In this document: positions 7,010 to 10,719 of the stretch, one piece after another
Position numbering within the stretch: the stretch's first letter is position 1
Layout: every line of letters begins with the position of its first letter
Assembly: GCA_048885865.1 (NCBI GenBank)
Contig: JBHLLF010000073.1
Span: forward strand, 1 to 10,719
Source: Candidatus Hermodarchaeota archaeon
GTDB taxonomy: Archaea > Asgardarchaeota > Thorarchaeia > Thorarchaeales > Thorarchaeaceae
Direction of reading: 5' to 3'
DNA: 10,719 nucleotides
Translations under genes and position numbers: made by a program
The notes under the pieces: generated by a model
The model's database searches: none
What the model saw: the letters and a program-made list of their open reading frames with translations, nothing else
What the model was told of the DNA's origin: nothing

Positions 7010-7867
7010 ATGGACGAACATGAGATTTCCACACCATTCTCAATATTGCATGCTGCTGGACTCTTGAGTCAGCAGTCAAGGCTCTCCAAATTCGACCAAG
7101 CCCTGCAGCGGATTGTCACGGAAGATTCGTATGTTGTAGATCTTGGCACAGGAACTGGAATTTTGGCCATGTTGGCAGCTAGGGCTGGTGCTAGGAGAGT
7201 CACTGCAGTAGAGATAGATAGATTCTCAGTAGAATATGCCAGACAAGCCATCAAGCAAAATGGGTTAGACGATATTGTCGAGGTAGTCAGATGTCACTAC
7301 GGGAATTTCAGGCCAGATGAACGAGCAGACATTGTCACATGCGAGATGCTCTCTTCAATAATGCTAGTTGAGCCGCAAATACCTGCTAGTCAGTGGGCGG
7401 TTCAGAATATCTTGAAGGAGCGGGGCATTCTCCTCCCACGAAGTGCCACTGTCTATGTGACACCCATACAGTGTTCTGACATTTGGGACAGATTCCAGAG
7501 CTCTGGATTTAGATTTCCCAAAGTCCCTCAGACGATGGACAGAGATCCTTCACGAGACCTTGCTAACCTCAAAGTACTGGAGGAGTTCGACTTTCAACTC
7601 CATCAGAGTGAATGGAATGTAGACAAGAAGCTTGAGTTCGTGGCTCTCAAGGACGGTGTAGTTCATGGACTTGTCGGCATGTTTGAAGCTCCACTCACCG
7701 AGGATATAAAACTGACAATGGAGGACGGCTGGAGAGATCTCCTTCTTCCGCTAGATAATCCAGTAAGTGTTTCAGAAGGTGATATTCTGTGTTTTGAAGT
7801 GAGCTACTCACCTGCTGTGCTTGATTCACTTAGCCTACGTTGCCAGGTTATAGAATCAGAGAACTGA
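7010..7867 (+). CDS. Protein arginine methyltransferase (PRMT)-like class I SAM-dependent methyltransferase
   Basis: Motif I VVDLGTGTG, post-I VTAVE, motif II plus double-E loop ADIVTCEMLSSIMLVE (E-x8-E), motif III LKERGILLP, and barrel motifs GVVHGLVGMF and GWRDLLLPLDNPVSVSEGD. True start is ATG 7010; the track's extension to 6863 overlaps the TPR gene. Confidence 0.85.
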   Translation: MDEHEISTPFSILHAAGLLSQQSRLSKFDQALQRIVTEDSYVVDLGTGTGILAMLAARAGARRVTAVEIDRFSVEYARQAIKQNGLDDIVEVVRCHYGNFRPDERADIVTCEMLSSIMLVEPQIPASQWAVQNILKERGILLPRSATVYVTPIQCSDIWDRFQSSGFRFPKVPQTMDRDPSRDLANLKVLEEFDFQLHQSEWNVDKKLEFVALKDGVVHGLVGMFEAPLTEDIKLTMEDGWRDLLLPLDNPVSVSEGDILCFEVSYSPAVLDSLSLRCQVIESEN

Positions 7868-7868
7868 A

Positions 7869-8429
7869 TCAAGTATCAGCAATGAAAGTACCTGGCGGGT
7901 AGGCTTTGAAAAACTCCTCTCGAGTTATGTCCATGATTAGTAGATCGCCATACTTACCCTCGCGAAACTCCGTATTTCTCAAGAGCCCAACCTCCCTAAA
8001 GCCTGCTTTCACATATGCACGATAGGCTTCCACATTATCCGGGAAAGTGTCCAAGTAGATGCTCTCTAGCCCAAGAATGTGGAATCCAATCCAGAGCATC
8101 ACTCGCGTTGCATCCGTTCCATAGCCTCTAGAGCGGTTCTTAGGATTGTGAATGGATATCCCAAACTCAGCTCTTCGGTGGGGGAAGGCTATGTCTCTGA
8201 GGCCAATTGTACCTAGGAATTCGGCTGTCTTCTTCTCTACGATGGCCAGGTTTAGCTCGCCGTCCTTCCAGGGATTAGCTTTGGTAGCAAACTCAAGCCA
8301 TTCATGTCTAGAAACTGGAAGAGGAACTCCAATGGTCCTTCTGAGCTCCCAGCTGTTCCAGTGCTGCTCGATTGCATCAAGATCAGACATCTCTAAGGCT
8401 CTCAAAGCAACGAGAGTACCATAATACAT
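7869..8429 (-). CDS. GNAT acetyltransferase, RimJ/RimL/SpeG family
   Basis: LRALEMSD, RAEFGISI, acetyl-CoA loop RSRGYGT, N..A.RAY.KAGF..VG.LR. ATG 8429 has a TATA-like CTTTATTT about 25 nt upstream (leaderless). Confidence 0.9.
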   Translation of the reverse strand: MYYGTLVALRALEMSDLDAIEQHWNSWELRRTIGVPLPVSRHEWLEFATKANPWKDGELNLAIVEKKTAEFLGTIGLRDIAFPHRRAEFGISIHNPKNRSRGYGTDATRVMLWIGFHILGLESIYLDTFPDNVEAYRAYVKAGFREVGLLRNTEFREGKYGDLLIMDITREEFFKAYPPGTFIADT

Positions 8430-8551
8430 ATGATGGAAATCAATGCCAAACAAATAAAGGTCACTCCAAGAGAGCCGAGTCAATAGCGAAGCTTGGAAGG
8501 GGCATACTTTTATCATATATCGGCAGGCCGAATGACTGGTTGGTGATTACC

Positions 8552-9223
8552 ATGGAACTCAAGGGCCCATTATGTTACATTCTCGATTGGGATGATATCT
8601 ATAGCTATGCCTATCAGACTGCTCTGAAGATAAAGGAGTCTGGTTGGCGCCCAGATGCTGTGGTTGGCATTGCTCGTGGTGGATGGGTTCACGCGAGGAT
8701 TCAGTGTGACCTCTTGGGAATCAAGGACCTATTTAGTGTGAAGGTCGACCACTGGGGAGTCACAGCAACCAAAGATGGACACGCAAAGCTCTCAGTCCCT
8801 CTGGTCGGTAGCGTTGAAGGAAAGAGAGTCCTCGTTGTTGATGATATCACGGATACCGGCCAAAGCCTTACTATGGCTGTGAACCACATCAAAGAAGCGG
8901 GTAATCCTGCAGATGTAAAGACAGCAGCTCTAATGCACATTGATGGTTCCAAGTTCATTCCGGATTACTATGGTGTAGAAATAACATGGGCGTGGGAGAT
9001 TTGGCCTTGGAACTTCTACGAAGATGTTTCGTCATTAATTTCCAAGATTTTTGAGGGCGAAGATGTTAAGGAGATGACCACTGCGCAGCTGAAGAAACAT
9101 CTTAGAGAGTACAACAATGTGGTTCTATCAGATGATCAATTGTCCAAGATCAAGGCGCATCTTGGTTTCCTTGGTAAGATCGTCTATCCTCTTGATAAGG
9201 TCTGGAAACTGAAGGAGGAGTGA
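8552..9223 (+). CDS. Type I purine phosphoribosyltransferase (archaeal Gpt/Hpt-like, COG2236 type)
   Basis: VGIARGG, PRPP-binding loop VLVVDDITDTGQSL, and PDYY...W..WPW. GGTGA RBS at 8542-8546 before ATG 8552; TATA-like run at about 8508-8519. Confidence 0.92.
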   Translation: MELKGPLCYILDWDDIYSYAYQTALKIKESGWRPDAVVGIARGGWVHARIQCDLLGIKDLFSVKVDHWGVTATKDGHAKLSVPLVGSVEGKRVLVVDDITDTGQSLTMAVNHIKEAGNPADVKTAALMHIDGSKFIPDYYGVEITWAWEIWPWNFYEDVSSLISKIFEGEDVKEMTTAQLKKHLREYNNVVLSDDQLSKIKAHLGFLGKIVYPLDKVWKLKEE

Positions 9224-9227
9224 AACA

Positions 9228-10088
9228 ATGGCATTCGAAGCGAAGCTTGAATTTGTCCCAATAGACCGGACTCAGAAGGAAGAAATAGAGAATTTGCTCC
9301 CGATTGAGATTGGCATGTTTGGGGGTAGTGGCAACTATGATCCTACAGTCATAGAGAACCCCATGGAGATCAAAGTGTTCACGCCCTATGGTGAGGCCTC
9401 GGACAACTATATTGTTGGAAAGGCAAAGGGTCGTTCCTTTGTGTTTCTAGCGCGACATGGTAGAGGTCACACGATTCCGCCTCATGCTATCAACTATCAG
9501 GCCAATATTTGGGGCCTCAAAGCTCTTGGCGTCACAAGGATCATCAGTCCTGCCGCTTGTGGGAGCCTGCAACCAGATAAGGTCAAACTTGGCGAATTCG
9601 TGATTGCAGACTCAATCTTTGATAGAACCTTCGGAAGAAGGAAAGACACATTCTTCGAGGGAGGGCCTATCGCACACCTTCCATTTGCGGAACCCTTCTG
9701 TCCCGAACTTCGCAAGGTTGCTGTAGATACTGCTGGCAAGCTGAAGTATAAGATTCACGACAAGGGAACATATGTATGCATCAATGGACCTAGATTCTCC
9801 ACTAGAGCCGAATCAATGTTCTATCACAATCAGGGCTGGGAGGTCATTGGAATGACCGCATACCCAGAAGCAGCCCTCGCGATGGAAGCAGGGATATGTT
9901 TTGTTAATGTGAGTATGCCGACTGATTATGATGTCCATGGAGAAGAAGTTGTCACACACGAGGCTGTATTGAAAACTATGGCCGATAACGTAGATCGCGT
10001 GAGGAAGCTTACTTTTGAGATGATTGACAATATCCCAAAGGATGCAGGTTGTGATTGCCAGACCAAAATGAAAGGCGGCCTCTTCTAA
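9228..10088 (+). CDS. mtnP: 5'-methylthioadenosine phosphorylase (PNP/MTAP family)
   Basis: GGSG, TPYG, FLARHGRGH..PPH.INYQAN, GPRFSTRAES, IGMT..PEA.LA.E, the TDYD 6-aminopurine specificity motif and a C-terminal CxC. GGAGGAGTG RBS, 4 nt after the PRTase stop (operon). Confidence 0.93.
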   Translation: MAFEAKLEFVPIDRTQKEEIENLLPIEIGMFGGSGNYDPTVIENPMEIKVFTPYGEASDNYIVGKAKGRSFVFLARHGRGHTIPPHAINYQANIWGLKALGVTRIISPAACGSLQPDKVKLGEFVIADSIFDRTFGRRKDTFFEGGPIAHLPFAEPFCPELRKVAVDTAGKLKYKIHDKGTYVCINGPRFSTRAESMFYHNQGWEVIGMTAYPEAALAMEAGICFVNVSMPTDYDVHGEEVVTHEAVLKTMADNVDRVRKLTFEMIDNIPKDAGCDCQTKMKGGLF

Positions 10089-10093
10089 GGGCA

Positions 10094-10137
10094 AGCATAA
10101 GGTGCGAGTCCTTTCAGACACGCACCCTTAGTCTGCT
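10094..10137 (-). terminator. Long intergenic stem-loop (GAAA tetraloop on the minus strand) between the convergent mtnP and microprotein genes
   Basis: The minus strand reads TAAGGGTGCGTGTCT-GAAA-GGACTCGCACCTTA: about 13 bp with one U-U mismatch and one bulge, extended by an outer AGCA/TGCT pair. Confidence 0.6.
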
Positions 10138-10167
10138 AGATACGAGAAAAGGAAGATAGTATGGATA

Positions 10168-10248
10168 CTACCAATCGTCATCATCTTCCCATTCATCGTC
10201 TTCCCAGTCCTCTTCGGCGTCGTACCAATCATCATCATCGAAGAACAC
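10168..10248 (-). CDS. 26-aa acidic, Trp-rich microprotein MFFDDDDWYDAEEDWEDDEWEDDDDW
   Basis: Perfect GAGGTGA RBS 5 nt before GTG 10248. T-rich TATA-like element at about 10281-10290. Mixed synonymous codons (GAT/GAC, GAA/GAG). A pyrimidine tract and hairpin follow the stop. Confidence 0.7.
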   Translation of the reverse strand: MFFDDDDWYDAEEDWEDDEWEDDDDW

Positions 10249-10357
10249 TGAGTTCACCTCTGCATTCGTATAGCATCTCATATGAAAAAAGGCTTGCTGG
10301 CAGACCCTACCGAAGCAGTGATAGCCCATGACTTGACATGAGAAATTGGGTGCCACT

Positions 10358-10719
10358 GTGTCAATCAGAGTAGCTGTTGGTCAGATGGATCCTATCATTG
10401 GCGACTTAGCAGGTAATCTGACCAAGATCAAGGAGATTCTTGATTCTTCATTCGACAACCAAGTCGATGTTCTTGTCCTTCCCGAACTAGTAAATTCCGG
10501 CTATGTTTTCAACAGTCGCGAAGAAGCATACGCTCTCTCAGAAGCAATTCCAGAGGGAGTTTTCTCAAGACATCTGTTGGAATGGTCGAATAGAGGAGGG
10601 CTAGTCGTCGCGGGACTATGCGAGAGAGCGGAGGGCGATCTCTACAACTCTGCGGCAATCTTTGGCGCCGGCAAGCATCTCACTACTTATCGCAAGATTC
10701 AGCTATTCGACAAAGAGAA
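10358..10719 (+). CDS. Carbon-nitrogen hydrolase (nitrilase superfamily), 5' part, truncated by the window end
   Basis: Manual translation from GTG 10358: MSIRVAVGQMDPIIGDLAGNLTKIKE...DVLVLPELVNSGY...GLCE...LYNSAAIF...YRKIQLFDKE. Catalytic Glu (LPEL) and Lys (YRK) are present. GGGTG RBS upstream. Not in the supplied track because there is no stop within the window. Confidence 0.93.
   Translation, partial: MSIRVAVGQMDPIIGDLAGNLTKIKEILDSSFDNQVDVLVLPELVNSGYVFNSREEAYALSEAIPEGVFSRHLLEWSNRGGLVVAGLCERAEGDLYNSAAIFGAGKHLTTYRKIQLFDKE

Noticed and set aside
4715-7254. Short ORFs 4715-4963, 4875-5078, 5295-5483, 5741-5929, 6143-6367, 6359-6619, 6708-6983 and 7069-7254
   Set aside because: All lie within or opposite well-supported genes and show no family motifs.
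6863-8551. Long N-terminal extensions in the track for the PRMT-like (from 6863), GNAT (from 8516) and PRTase (from 8372) ORFs
   Set aside because: They overlap divergent neighbours or promoters; downstream starts fit RBS/TATA geometry and family N-termini better.
8152-10121. ORFs 8152-8424, 8701-8958, 9497-9739 and 9813-10121
   Set aside because: Antisense to the GNAT, PRTase or mtnP genes.
10094-10137. SECIS element or tRNA fragment
   Set aside because: Neither flanking gene has an in-frame TGA needing recoding (they end in TAA and TAG), and there is no cloverleaf or T-loop consensus.
10168-10248. Trp attenuator leader peptide or simple (GAT)n microsatellite
   Set aside because: No co-oriented trp or transporter gene lies downstream (it converges on mtnP), and codon variation argues against a pure DNA repeat.
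10249-10356. Cys-rich N-terminal part of the 62-aa ORF as a metal-binding or RiPP leader segment
   Set aside because: It spans the divergent promoter region and has no obvious RBS, whereas the internal GTG at 10248 has a perfect one. No RiPP maturase is recognisable in the window.
1-10719. CRISPR array, IS/transposase, integrase or known defence system
   Set aside because: No spaced direct repeats, terminal inverted repeats or corresponding protein motifs were seen.

Overview
Gene-dense archaeal chromosomal window with no mobile element, CRISPR array, rRNA or tRNA that I can see. It is most likely from an Asgard archaeon, possibly Thorarchaeia-like. That is inferred from a Rab-like GTPase, an archaeal RecJ/Cdc45-type DHH protein, archaeal Gpt and MtnP enzymes, GAGGTG ribosome-binding sites and TATA/leaderless starts. 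Gene order: Rab-like small GTPase (+), HAD-IIA phosphatase (-), cupin (-), coiled-coil protein with a Vps28-C-terminal-like domain (+), tail-anchored membrane protein (+), RecJ/Cdc45-like DHH protein (+), 4-TM protein (-), Nudix hydrolase (-), TPR + Zn-ribbon protein (-), PRMT-like methyltransferase (+), RimJ/SpeG-type GNAT (-), purine phosphoribosyltransferase (+), MTA phosphorylase (+), a 26-aa acidic/Trp microprotein (-), and a carbon-nitrogen hydrolase cut off by the window end and missing from the ORF track (+). The best leads are eukaryote-like features that standard annotation would probably miss: (1) the microprotein, built from repeated DDEW/DDDW motifs, with its own RBS, promoter and 3' GNRA hairpin; (2) a PRMT-fold enzyme head-to-head with a TPR/Zn-ribbon protein on a shared TATA; (3) an orphan Vps28-like protein next to a tail-anchored protein; (4) a Rab-like GTPase with a Rit/Rin-style Trp + polybasic, non-prenylated tail. 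All homology calls are by-eye motif recognition against remembered family consensus, not database searches.
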